Source: an uncultured Gammaproteobacteria bacterium (GTDB lineage: Bacteria > Pseudomonadota > Gammaproteobacteria > CAWCPV01). Taken from it: 64,000 nucleotides of DNA. Under the pieces are notes generated by a model. The model was not told where the DNA came from and made no database searches. It worked only from the letters and a program-made list of their open reading frames with translations. Position 1 is the first letter of the stretch, and each line of letters opens with the position of its first letter. The stretch covers positions 448,001 to 512,000 of the forward strand of contig CAWCPV010000004.1 of the NCBI GenBank assembly GCA_963797555.1, given 5' to 3'. This document shows positions 42,744 to 52,877 of this stretch, in pieces. A program made the translations under genes and the position numbers.

Positions 42744-43808
42744 TTAGGGTATGACCAGCACCATTCCTGGATAAATGGCATCGGCGTTTCCCAACAAGTG
42801 TGCGTTGGCCTGCAGAATGGCAGGCCATAGGTTCCTGTCGCCGTACAAAGCGGCAGCGATAGCGGACAGCGTGTCGCCGGGCTTGACGGTGTATACGTCC
42901 TTTGCGCTGGACAGGCGGGCAACGAGAGACTGCGCCGCATTCACCTCTCCCTGCAACTGTTTCAGGCGAGAGTCGGAGCCGCCCGGGCGCTCGGAGCGCC
43001 GCTCGCGATCCTGCACCATTTCGCGGTACGCGGCATTCAGCTTTGCGGCTGTTTCCTTGGCGTCTTCCAGCGTTTGCTGAGTCTGCTTTCCCACAGAGCT
43101 TCCTGGCGGCATGGCGCGACCCCCCCGCAGTGCAGCCAGGTCTTCTTTCGGCTCCTGCGCTGCGCCCGAAATGCGGCCCCGCTGGGCCCCCGGCGCCTCA
43201 GGGCCTCCGTTTCGGGGTGGCGAAACGGGCGGCCGCACGCCCGTCGGCGCCTGTTCCATTCCAGCATGTTGGCCCTGCGGAGGCTGCGAAGGGGTCGTCT
43301 GCGTTGGCCTCCGGGACCCTGTCGGGGCAGGTTCAGCGGCGGAACCTGCAGAGACGACGCACCCTCTGTCGAGTGCGCCGGCGATGGCATAGAGGTGGGC
43401 CTGCAGCAGCACGGCGTCTTGACGCAGCGATAGCGCCAAGCGGCTCGGGTCTATCGCTTCCGCCCCCGGGTTTCCAGCAGATAGAGTAGGGAACTGTGTG
43501 GCGGATCTCGCGCTCGGAGCGCGATCATTCAATGCCTCGAGTTGCTGTCGCAGCGTCTCGTTGCTCTCGCGGAGTCTCTCAATGGCCATCGCGAGTTCCA
43601 CGATGGATCTCCCCGCCCCCTCACCATCGCCGGGTCGATGATCGCGCAGCGCGGCCGACCCCGCCGCACCCGCATCACCCGGGAAGTCCGAGGCAGCCTG
43701 CACAGGAGAGAAAATTATCAGCAACAGCGCGCTCCACGAAGGAATGGAATTACTCGCGGAGCCGGCTTTGGCGGCGAACCGTTTATGTTGCTTGTGTGAT
43801 GTCAGCAA
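42744..43808 (-). CDS. Exported coiled-coil protein with C-terminal LysM domain
   Basis: YTVKPGDTLSAIA...WPAILQAN...IYPGMVLVIP; signal-like N-terminus; start uncertain. Confidence 0.78.
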   Translation of the reverse strand: MLTSHKQHKRFAAKAGSASNSIPSWSALLLIIFSPVQAASDFPGDAGAAGSAALRDHRPGDGEGAGRSIVELAMAIERLRESNETLRQQLEALNDRAPSARSATQFPTLSAGNPGAEAIDPSRLALSLRQDAVLLQAHLYAIAGALDRGCVVSAGSAAEPAPTGSRRPTQTTPSQPPQGQHAGMEQAPTGVRPPVSPPRNGGPEAPGAQRGRISGAAQEPKEDLAALRGGRAMPPGSSVGKQTQQTLEDAKETAAKLNAAYREMVQDRERRSERPGGSDSRLKQLQGEVNAAQSLVARLSSAKDVYTVKPGDTLSAIAAALYGDRNLWPAILQANAHLLGNADAIYPGMVLVIP

Positions 43809-43938
43809 TGGCCGCCCTTCGAAGGCGTTCGAGCCGGCCGCATGATAGCACTTGTCGAGTGGGGGAAAAATGCAACTGGCGATACTTGTTTCTGGATTTC
43901 GGCCCCATGACCACGCAATTCGTCGGCGCTGCCGTCGC

Positions 43939-43968
43939 TTGACATGTGATACGCCCGTTGCATATCGT
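43939..43968 (+). promoter_or_regulatory. Candidate sigma70 promoter TTGACA-N18-TATCGT upstream of the riboswitch
   Basis: Perfect -35; -10 ends ~17 bp before the aptamer. Confidence 0.5.
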
Positions 43969-43984
43969 TGGCGCTCGGGAAGCC

Positions 43985-44068
43985 CCCGATAACGGCAAAC
44001 CTACCGTGAGGTAGTGGCGCAAAGCAACGGGTCTCCAGCCGGGGGGAGACGGCCGAGCTGCCGAAGGG
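43985..44068 (+). ncRNA. Cyclic di-GMP-I (GEMM) riboswitch
   Basis: GGCAAAC-CTACC-GTGA-GGTAG-TGGCGCAAAGC...GGGTCT...AGACGGCCGAG-CTGCCGAA matches the GEMM layout (GNRA-capped P2, CGCAAAGC junction, P3). Confidence 0.85.
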
Positions 44069-44384
44069 TCTCGTGCTGATTAGCAATAATTGGGGGGCAG
44101 CGAGGCCTGATGGACGACGACCGCGACACGGGTGTTCTCCCGCCGCTGTGCCACGCGGTCGCAGGCCCCCTCCACAGGCCCCACGAGCGCCGTCTCGGCG
44201 CCAGTTCGGAACTGAGAACCGTCGGGCGCCGCGGTCGCTGCCGCAGGTCCTCTGAAATGCCAGTGGCGCACGCCGGGCCAGACGGGCGCGGTACGCTTCG
44301 GATCACACCCGCGTTATTCATCGCGCCACGCGCCCCTGCATCCATCGAGGTCTGTTTGCGCCGCCGCGCGGCCTGTCGTTTCCC

Positions 44385-45917
44385 ATGGAAACAAGCTCCA
44401 GCCTGAGCCCCAAGCCGCTGCCGCCGCTCGCCGAGCCCCTGAAGGGTAACGGGCGGCGCATGCTGCTGATAGACGACGATCAGATCGATCGGGAGCTGGC
44501 CAAGCTCATCGTTGGGCGTGAGATGCCCGACGTGCAAGTGATCGAGATAACGGATGCCATCGGTTTCGGCGAGGCATTGGTCAGAGGCGATTTCAACGTC
44601 GTCGTTACGGAGTACCGCCTCTCTTACACCGACGGGCTGGCGATCCTGGAAACCGTGAAGAGCCGATATCCTGAGTGCCCGGTGGTGATGTTCACCGCCA
44701 CCGGTCCGGAAGACGTCGCCGCGAAGGCGATCAAGCTCGGGCTGGACGACTATGTGCTGAAGTCTCGCAAGGAGTTTCTGCGGCTTCCGAGCACCCTCGC
44801 GCAGGCGCTGGCGCGTGCCAATCTGCGTCAGCAGGCTCAGCAGTGGATGGCGCCCGTGCAGGCCCTGCTGGAGCGCTCCGCCGTAGGGACCTTTCGGGCC
44901 ACGCTCGCGGGCCGCTTGCTCGACGCCAACCAGACCCTGCTGCGGCTGCTGGGCGTAAACACCTTGCATCAAGCGCAGGGCCTCGATCTGCACAGCCTCT
45001 ACTTGGTTCCCGACAAGCAGCCGGCCGCGTCGGAACAGCTCAAGGAGAGCGGCTATCTGCGCTACCCACAGCTCGAGCTGCGGCGCCCGGACGGCGTCCA
45101 CCTGTGGGTATCGGTCACCGAGATGATCATGACCAGTCCCGGTGCTGTGGAGACCGTGGTGTACGGTCTGATGCAGGACGTCACTGCGCAGCGGGGAGCC
45201 GAGGACGAGCTGGCCCACAAGACGGAGCAACTGGCGAGATCGAACGCCGACTTGGAACAGTTCGCCTATGTCGCCTCTCACGAGCTGCAGGAGCCGCTTC
45301 GGATGGTGGCGCGCTACACCGAGATGCTGGCCCAACGCTACCAAGGCAAGCTCGACACCGATGCGGATCGCTTCATTGGCTATGCGGTGGACGGCGTGCA
45401 CCGGATGCAGCAACTCGTGGACGATCTGCTTACCTACTCGCGGGTGGGGACGCGAGGGAGGCCCTTCCAGACGACCCACACCGAAGCGGTGCTGAACGAG
45501 GCTGTCCGTCAACTGAAAGCGGGCATCGACGCGAGTGGTGCGGTGATCACGCACGACTCGCTGCCCACGGTGGTGGCTGATGAGGCACAGATGGTGCAGT
45601 TGTTCCAGAATCTGCTCGGCAACGCCATCAAGTTCCGCCGTGAGGAGACGCCGCGCGTGCACATCTCCGCCGAGCTAACGGGGCGTGACTGGGTGTTCGC
45701 ATTTGAGGACAATGGCATTGGTATCGAGCCCCAGGATAGCGAGCGCATCTTCGGCATCTTCCAGCGAGCGCAGACGACTGGCGGGCCTGGGGGCACGGGA
45801 ATCGGACTGGCGCTGTGCAAGAGGATCTTGGACCGGCACGCAGGTCGTATCTGGGTGGAATCGCGGCCCGGCGAGGGCTCCGTCTTCAAGTTCGCCGTAC
45901 CGGTACGGGCAACTTGA
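44385..45917 (+). CDS. REC-PAS histidine kinase
   Basis: LLIDDD receiver, PAS, FAYVASHELQEPL, NLLGNAIKF, DNGIG, GTGIGL. Confidence 0.9.
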   Translation: METSSSLSPKPLPPLAEPLKGNGRRMLLIDDDQIDRELAKLIVGREMPDVQVIEITDAIGFGEALVRGDFNVVVTEYRLSYTDGLAILETVKSRYPECPVVMFTATGPEDVAAKAIKLGLDDYVLKSRKEFLRLPSTLAQALARANLRQQAQQWMAPVQALLERSAVGTFRATLAGRLLDANQTLLRLLGVNTLHQAQGLDLHSLYLVPDKQPAASEQLKESGYLRYPQLELRRPDGVHLWVSVTEMIMTSPGAVETVVYGLMQDVTAQRGAEDELAHKTEQLARSNADLEQFAYVASHELQEPLRMVARYTEMLAQRYQGKLDTDADRFIGYAVDGVHRMQQLVDDLLTYSRVGTRGRPFQTTHTEAVLNEAVRQLKAGIDASGAVITHDSLPTVVADEAQMVQLFQNLLGNAIKFRREETPRVHISAELTGRDWVFAFEDNGIGIEPQDSERIFGIFQRAQTTGGPGGTGIGLALCKRILDRHAGRIWVESRPGEGSVFKFAVPVRAT

Positions 45918-46074
45918 TGTTGCCTCGCTCGCCACGCCCCCGAAGCGGCCGTGCGGGCTATGATCGCGCCGATGAAAGGAATACCGGTCCCCTCCCGACC
46001 GCAATGCAGCGCACTCGGGTCGGCCGATGGTGGACGCCCTGCATACCGGTAGACGGCAGCCGAAGGGAGCGCAG

Positions 46075-48181
46075 ATGTCAACGGAAACGACTAAAGCATT
46101 GCTGGTCGAGGACAACCCCGGTGATGCCGATCTGGTGCGCGACATGCTGGCGCAGGTCCCGGGTACACAGTTCGATGTCGTCTGGGCGGACACTCTCGCG
46201 AAGGGGCTGGCGGCGCTGGACCGGGGTGGTATCGAGATCGTCCTGCTGGACCTGTCTCTTCCTGACTGCCGCGGGATCGAGACCTTCGAACGCGCTTACC
46301 AAAGGGCCCCGCAAGTTCCGTTCATCGTGTTGACCGGTCTGGCCGACGAGGATCTGGCCGCGACCGCGGTACGCCGGGGTGCGCAGGACTATCTGAACAA
46401 GAGGGACGTTCGCAGCGATCTGCTGGGGCGGGCGATCCGCTATGCCCTGGAGCGGCAGCAGGCGGCAAAGGCGCTGCGGGAGAGCGAAGAGCGGTATGCT
46501 CTGGCCACGCGCGGCGCGAACGACGGGTTGTGGGACTGGGACCTCAAGACAGACACGGTGTATTACTCCCCGCGCTGGAAATCGATGCTGGGCTATCGGG
46601 AGGAGGAGATCGGAACCTCGAAGGAGGAGTGGCTCGGCAGGGTGCACCCGGGGGATAGGGTGCAGATGGAGGTGAACATGGATGCCCATCTGAAAGGAGA
46701 GTTTCCGCACTTCGAGAACGAGCACCGGATGTTGCACAAGGACGGCTCGCACCGCTGGATGCTCGCCCGCGGACTCGCCATTCATGACGCGACCGGGCGA
46801 CCTTCCCGGATGGCGGGATCTCAGACCGACATCTCGGAACGCAAGAACGCCGAGGGCAGATTGCAATACGTTGCCTTCCACGACCGTCCTGACCGGGCTG
46901 CCCAACCGAGCCCTATTCATGGACCGGCTTCAGCATGCCCTGGTGCGGGGAGCGAGGCACCAGGACCACAGCTTCGGTGTGTTGTTCCTGGACTTGGACC
47001 GTTTCAAGGTCATCAACGACAGTCTCGGGCACTTCATCGGCGATCAGTTGCTCGCGGCGGTGGCACGCCGCATCGAGTCTTGTCTGCGGCCGGGGGATAC
47101 GGTGGCACGCCTCGGTGGCGATGAGTTCGCCGTCCTGCTCGAGGACGTGGACGGGAGCCCAGGCGCGACTCGAGTGGCCGAGCGCATCCAATTCCAACTG
47201 GCGAGGCCGTTTCTGCTCGAAGGGCACGAGGTCTTCGCCACGGCCAGCACCGGAATCGCCATGAGCCGAGCCGGCTACCACCAGCCAGAGGACCTGCTGC
47301 GCGATGCAGACCTGGCCATGTATCGAGCTAAGTCACTCGGGAAGGCGCGTTACATCCTGTTCGATGCGGACATGCATACGCGCGCCCTGCAACAGGTCGA
47401 GTTGGAGACCGACCTGCGGCGCGCTTGGGACCGTGGCGAGTTCCGCATCCACTATCAGCCGCTGATCTCGCTGGAGAACGGCGCCATTGCCGGTTTCGAG
47501 GCGCTGGTGCGCTGGCAGCATCCGCAGCGGGGGCTCCTCCATCCGGCCGAGTTCATCACGGTCGCCGAGGAGACCGGACTCATCATGGACATCGATCGAT
47601 GGGTCTTGCGCGAGTCCTGCCGTCAGATCGAGGCCTGGCAACATCGTTTCCCCCGAGAGACACCCATCGCCGTCTCCGTCAACCTTTCCGGGAAGCATTT
47701 CTCGCAGCCTCAGCTCGTCGCTCAGGTCCAGCAGGTCCTTCAGCAAACCAAGCTGGAGAAGGGAAGCCTGTGCATCGAGATCACCGAGAGCGTCCTCATG
47801 GAGAACCCCGAATTGGCCATTGTGGCGCTATCCCACCTGCGCAACCTCGGCGTCCGGGTGTGTCTGGATGACTTCGGCACGGGCTACTCATCCCTCAGCT
47901 ACTTGTGCAGGTTTCCAGCGGATGCGGTCAAGATCGACCGCTCCTTCGTGGCGCAAATCACCTCCCAGCAGACGAAGAACGTGGGAATCGTGAAAGCCAT
48001 CGTGATGCTGGCCAAGACTCTCGGAATGCGGGTCGTCGCCGAAGGTGTGGAGACGGAGGAGCAGTTGGCCCAGCTCAGCGCGCTGGGCTGCGACTATGCC
48101 CAGGGCTATCTCTTTGTGGAGCCGGTCGACGCACAGTCCATCTCCATGCTGGAGTCCGACCGGAACTGGTTGAACGGCTGA
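46075..48181 (+). CDS. REC-PAS-GGDEF-EAL protein (frameshift ~46885)
   Basis: LLVEDN, DGLWDW PAS, RLGGDEF, FEAL, DDFGTGYSS, AEGVE, QGY. Confidence 0.9.
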
Positions 48182-48261
48182 GGGTCATCGACTTGCGCCG
48201 CGTGCTGCAGCTCGCGGCCCCGCTGTATGCGATCCCCGTCTCCCCGACGGACCGCCGGTCT

Positions 48262-49542
48262 TCAGCTCCGAAATCCGCTGGCAATCAGCTCTTGTGGACC
48301 GATCCCGTATTGGGCGGCACGGACCGCCGACTTTATCGTTATCGGCTTCACCGACGCAGAGCCCTGCATAGCGCGCAGATCCACCGTGGTCACCGCTGCG
48401 TAGCGCTGTCCTTGTGCGTCGACCAGCAGTCGCACCGTCGGGAGCAGCCGATACTGCGGGTGGGAAGCGACAACGACGCCGATGTCGCCCGTATCGAGCT
48501 CTACGATGCTGCCCACGGGATATATTCCGATGGACTCGATGAATTGGCCCACGAGAACCTCGCTGAAGAAAAGCTTGCGCAGCGAGTGCAGCGTCCCGAG
48601 GGCCTGGTAGGGCGCCACCCCTTCCCGCCACGGCCGGTCCGTGGTGAGCGCGTCGTAGGTGTCGACGATGCCGCCGATGATCCCATACAGCCCGATGTCT
48701 TTTCCTTGTAGGCCGCGGGGATAGCCGGTCCCGTCAGAGCGTTCGTGGTGGTCTCGAACGAGGTCCAGCGCGGCCGCAGGGATGCCCGGAGTGTCCTCCA
48801 GGATGTGGACGCCCTCCATGACATGGCTCCTGAGGAGATCCGACTGGTCCGGTGTCAACTTGCCCGGCTGGTCGAATATCTCCTTGGGTAACCTCGTGTA
48901 GCCTACGTCGTGCAGAAGGGCTCCTAGCCCAAGGGTATGCAGCCCGCTCGGGGCAAGTCCCAGGTAGCGGCCAAAAACGAGGGCAAAGATACACACATTG
49001 ATGGAGTGCAGCTCCAGGTAACGACCCTGGGCCCGAAGCTGGGTGAGAAAAACCATCGCATCCGGGTTCCGCAGGACGCTTTCCGCAATGTCACCCACAA
49101 GCTGCTTGACAGCGGGGGCATCGATGCTCTTCCCCAACCGCACGTCCTCCAGCACATGGTTGACGACGGCCCTGGTATCGCGATGCAGGTCGAAGGCAAA
49201 TTCGACCTCCTGTTCCATGGGCACCCGGTGCGGGAAAGCGCCGCCGTCCGCCGCGACGGATTGCTCCGTACCCCCGCTCGGTGTGACCACGGGGCGCTGC
49301 CGAACCCGCGTGACGATGCGTCGGGTCTCTCGACGCTCAACGTCCGAGCCGGATTCGTCGATGTCGTCGCCGCGCTCCGGGTCGATGTACACATGTTCGC
49401 AGTGTCGACGAAGCTCCTCGATCTCGTCTTCGCCGCGTATGACGAAACCTTGCAGGAGAAAGGGCGTGTCGAGCCACGGGCGGTCCAGCCGCGACACGAA
49501 CAGCCCCGGCCTCAACTGCGATGTGTCGACCAGCTTCTCCAT
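48262..49542 (-). CDS. HD-GYP phosphodiesterase with DUF3391-like N-terminus
   Basis: LRPGLFVSRLDRPWLDTPF, LHDVG, HHERSDGTGYP. Confidence 0.9.
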   Translation of the reverse strand: MEKLVDTSQLRPGLFVSRLDRPWLDTPFLLQGFVIRGEDEIEELRRHCEHVYIDPERGDDIDESGSDVERRETRRIVTRVRQRPVVTPSGGTEQSVAADGGAFPHRVPMEQEVEFAFDLHRDTRAVVNHVLEDVRLGKSIDAPAVKQLVGDIAESVLRNPDAMVFLTQLRAQGRYLELHSINVCIFALVFGRYLGLAPSGLHTLGLGALLHDVGYTRLPKEIFDQPGKLTPDQSDLLRSHVMEGVHILEDTPGIPAAALDLVRDHHERSDGTGYPRGLQGKDIGLYGIIGGIVDTYDALTTDRPWREGVAPYQALGTLHSLRKLFFSEVLVGQFIESIGIYPVGSIVELDTGDIGVVVASHPQYRLLPTVRLLVDAQGQRYAAVTTVDLRAMQGSASVKPITIKSAVRAAQYGIGPQELIASGFRS

Positions 49543-49620
49543 GACTAAACTCTCCCTGCGGCGCCGGCGGCGAGCACCAGATTCTGCCTGCCGCGGGAAT
49601 GCCGCCGCGTTTGTTGCGCT

Positions 49621-49749
49621 CAGAGCGTGTGAATAAATTGCCGTGGCCCCTGCCGCTCTCTCATCAGGGCGCGTGACAAGCCGATCGCAGGGCCGGATCG
49701 ATCGGCGGGCGGGATAAATCCCCTCCCTGTGGGTTTTTTACAAGCTCTC
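49621..49749. repeat. Small MITE-like element with imperfect terminal IRs
   Basis: AGAGCGTGTGAATAAA vs reverse complement AGAGCTTGTAAAAAA; similar ends at ~8261, ~37195 and ~37639. Confidence 0.45.
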
Positions 49750-50185
49750 AGTCCCAAGAGACCGAGCATGCATGGTAGACAGCCGCATGCTATCCGGCGC
49801 CAAAAGCGGTCTGTGCGTCCCATAGGGGTGCAGCATGCCGGTCGTCTCGAGCCGTCCCATGTGATTCAGCAAAGTCAAACACAAAGGACAGGGCAGTTCA
49901 AGCCGTGAGTGGAGCGCACGCCGCCCTGCCTCAGCCCCTGTCGCGCGCCCGATTATGCCGCGCGGAGGGTGGTACGGTCTGCAGGTTTCGGGTCAAGAGC
50001 TTGGCGGTTACGGGAAGCCGCCAGGGCGGTGGCGTGCGCCGGCTGGCGTGCCGCGCGTCTGACCAGGCGTCCACATCTAGGCCGGGGCGAGACGCGGAGG
50101 CCGCCTCAGTCGTGAGGTCTGCATCGGCTCCAAGCGGCAGCGCCTCAGACCGCCTTTCGGCGGGGTGCGGGGTCCGGTCGCAAGC

Positions 50186-50446
50186 CTAACGGCTCACGGT
50201 CTCGCAGACCTTCTCGATGGCGCCGGGGCGTATCACCCAACGGCAGTTCTTACCGCACTCGTAGTCCCCTTTGCCGACGGCATGGAGGAATGTCAGGACC
50301 GCTATCGCCATCTTGCGGCAATCTTGGAGACTCGCGTGGGTTCCGACGTATTGGTAGACCTGGTTGTCCGTCCGATCAGGCTGCACAAAGCCCTCCCACT
50401 GGTCGTCCGAGCATCCTACGGCGAGCGCCGCGGTGAGGCATAGCAC
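50186..50446 (-). CDS. Small Cys-rich lipoprotein
   Basis: Lipobox LAVGC; WEGFV...LQDCR...DYECGKNC. Confidence 0.6.
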   Translation of the reverse strand: MLCLTAALAVGCSDDQWEGFVQPDRTDNQVYQYVGTHASLQDCRKMAIAVLTFLHAVGKGDYECGKNCRWVIRPGAIEKVCETVSR

Positions 50447-50531
50447 CGATGCTCCGCCAGCCCGACGAACTGGCTGGTTTGCATCGCGACGGGCGCCCGG
50501 CAGGCCGCGCGGGTGTGCCCCGCCCCGGGGT

Positions 50532-52635
50532 CTAGCGGCGCCCTAGGACGCCGGGGACGAGCTTGGGGTCGACGGGAGCGTAGTGACTGACCTCGATGGA
50601 GAAGAGCCCCCGTCCCTGGGTGGCCGAGCGCAGGTCGGTCGCGTAATTGAACATCTCGGCCAACGGCACTTGGGCGCGGATCGTCTGGACACCGCCGGGT
50701 CCGGGCTCCGAAGCCGTGATATCGCAGCGGCGGGCTGCGAGCTGACCCAGGACGTCCCCGAGGTACTCCTCCGGGACCACGACCTCGAGCTTCACGATCG
50801 GCTCCAAGAGCAAGCTGCCGCCTTCCTCTAGACCGTGACGCATCGCCACGGCCGCAGCGCTCCGGAAGGCCAGGTCGCTGGAGTCCACCGGATGGAAGGA
50901 CCCGTCGTACAGGCGCACGGCCACGTCAGTTACCGCATAACCGCCCAGGATACCGTTCGCGGCAGCGTCCCGAACGCCCTTCTCCACGGCCGGGATGAAC
51001 TGCTGCGGGATGGCGCCGGCCTTGATGGCGCTTTCGAACAGCAGCCCGGAGCCGGCCGCCCCGGCCTCCAGCGCCAGGACCACGTGTCCATACTGGCCGT
51101 GGCCGCCGCTCTGCCGGACATGCCGCCCCTCGGCGCGAGGCACGGCGCGCGCCAGGGTTTCCTTGTAGGTGACGTGCGGACGCCCCATGTTGACCTGGAC
51201 ACCGTGCTCCCGGCGCACGCGGTCCATCAGAACCTCCAAGTGCAGCTCTCCCATACCTGCTACCACCGTCTGGCCGCTGTCCTCGTCCGTCGTCACCAGA
51301 AACGTCGGATCCTCTTCGGTCAGCGTGCGGAGTGCCGTCGCCACGCGCTCCGCGTCGGCCTGGGTGCGAGGCTCGACCGCGACGCGCACCACAGGCTCCG
51401 GGAAGCTGATGCTCTCGAGCAGCACCGGACGGTCCTGCGCGCACAGCGTATCCCCGGTGGACACCCCCTTCATCCCCAGGGCGGCGGCGATGTCGCCGGC
51501 CTGTACCTCCTCGATGTCTTCGCGTTCATCGGCATACATGCGCACCAGGCGGCCGATGCGCTCTCGGCGGTCGCGGGTGGCGTTGAGCACCGACACGCCG
51601 CTTGCCAGCGTGCCGGAATAGACCCGCAGGTAGGTCAGGTGGCCGGAGTACGGGTCCGCGGCGACCTTGAAAGCGAGCGCCGCCAGCGGCTCCCGCGGGT
51701 CGGGCTTGCGCTGGATCTGGCGCCCGTCGCGAGGATCCGTACCGGTGACGGCGCCAACGTCGATGGGGGAGGGGAGATAGTCCACCACTGCGTCCAGCAA
51801 CGGCTGGATGCCCTTGTTGTGCAGCGCGGAGCCGCACAGCACCGGAAACAAGCGGTTACCGATGGTCGCCCGGCGCAGGGCGGCGGTCAGCAGCGCGGTT
51901 TCCACCGGCTGACCCTCCAGGTAGGGCGCCAGGATCGTCGTCGTCGACCTCTGCCACCTGCTCGATCAGCTCGGCCCGCGCCCGCTCCGCTGCCTCACGG
52001 AGATGCTCGGGGACCTCGGTGACGACGGGCGGGGTGTCCGGCTCTGCCGCCCAGCGGATGGCCCGCATCTGCGCCAGGTCGACGACGCCCTCGAAGGCTC
52101 CTTCGGCCCCAATGGCGAGCTGCAGGGCCACCGCGTTCGCGCCGAGGCGGCTGCGCAAGCTCCTGAGCGCACGCTGGAAGTCGGCGCCGACCCGGTCCAT
52201 CTTGTTGACGAAGCAGAGGCGCGGTACCTTGAAGCGGTCCGCCTGCCGCCAGACCGTCTCGCTCTGGGGCTCGACGCCGTGTACGGCATCCAGCACCACC
52301 ACGCCGCTGTCCAGAACCCGCAATGCCCGCTGCACCTCCGCGGTGAAATCGATGTGCCCGGGGGTGTCGATGAGGTTGATCCGGTGCCCTCGCCACTCCG
52401 TGCTCACCGCGGCGAATACGATGGTGATGCCGCGCTCGCGCTCCTGGACCATCCAGTCGGTGACCGTGGTGCCGTCGTCCACCTCCCCCAGACGGTGGGT
52501 GCGCCCGCTGTAGAACAGGATGCGCTCCGTGACGGTGGTCTTGCCTGCATCGATGTGGGCGATGACGCCGATGTTCCGGATATGATCGATCGGCGTGCTG
52601 GCCGCGCCGGCGTCGGTGCGCGCATGTCTGGTCAC
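50532..52635 (-). CDS. fusA: Elongation factor G paralogue (frameshift ~51925)
   Basis: [42 protein letters not shown]. Confidence 0.88.
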
Positions 52636-52877
52636 GGCATGGGTCTCGGTGATGGTGCGCGGGAGGAGGGGTCGAGCCTTGCTTGAACCGGTCCGATCTT
52701 AGCGCCTTTTCGCCACGGCCGGCGTCTAGTGTTGCAATCGCCTGTTTCTTGAAGCACGTCCCACAACGGTCTAAGATTTGAGCATCGCCGAATAGCGCGG
52801 CGGAAAGACCGCGCCCGACCTCGCCCTTGCATTCGAAGCTGCTGCAGTGACGGATGGGGCGGGATCATGGGGGGCCC

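Noticed and set aside
49775-49860. Second c-di-GMP riboswitch upstream of the HD-GYP gene (minus strand GGGACGCACAG...GATAGC)
   Set aside because: Lacks GGCAAAC and a GNRA-capped P2; the resemblance is only fragmentary
50180-50195. attC site at GCCTAAC/GTTAGGC next to the lipoprotein gene
   Set aside because: Wrong orientation relative to the gene end and no partner core site nearby
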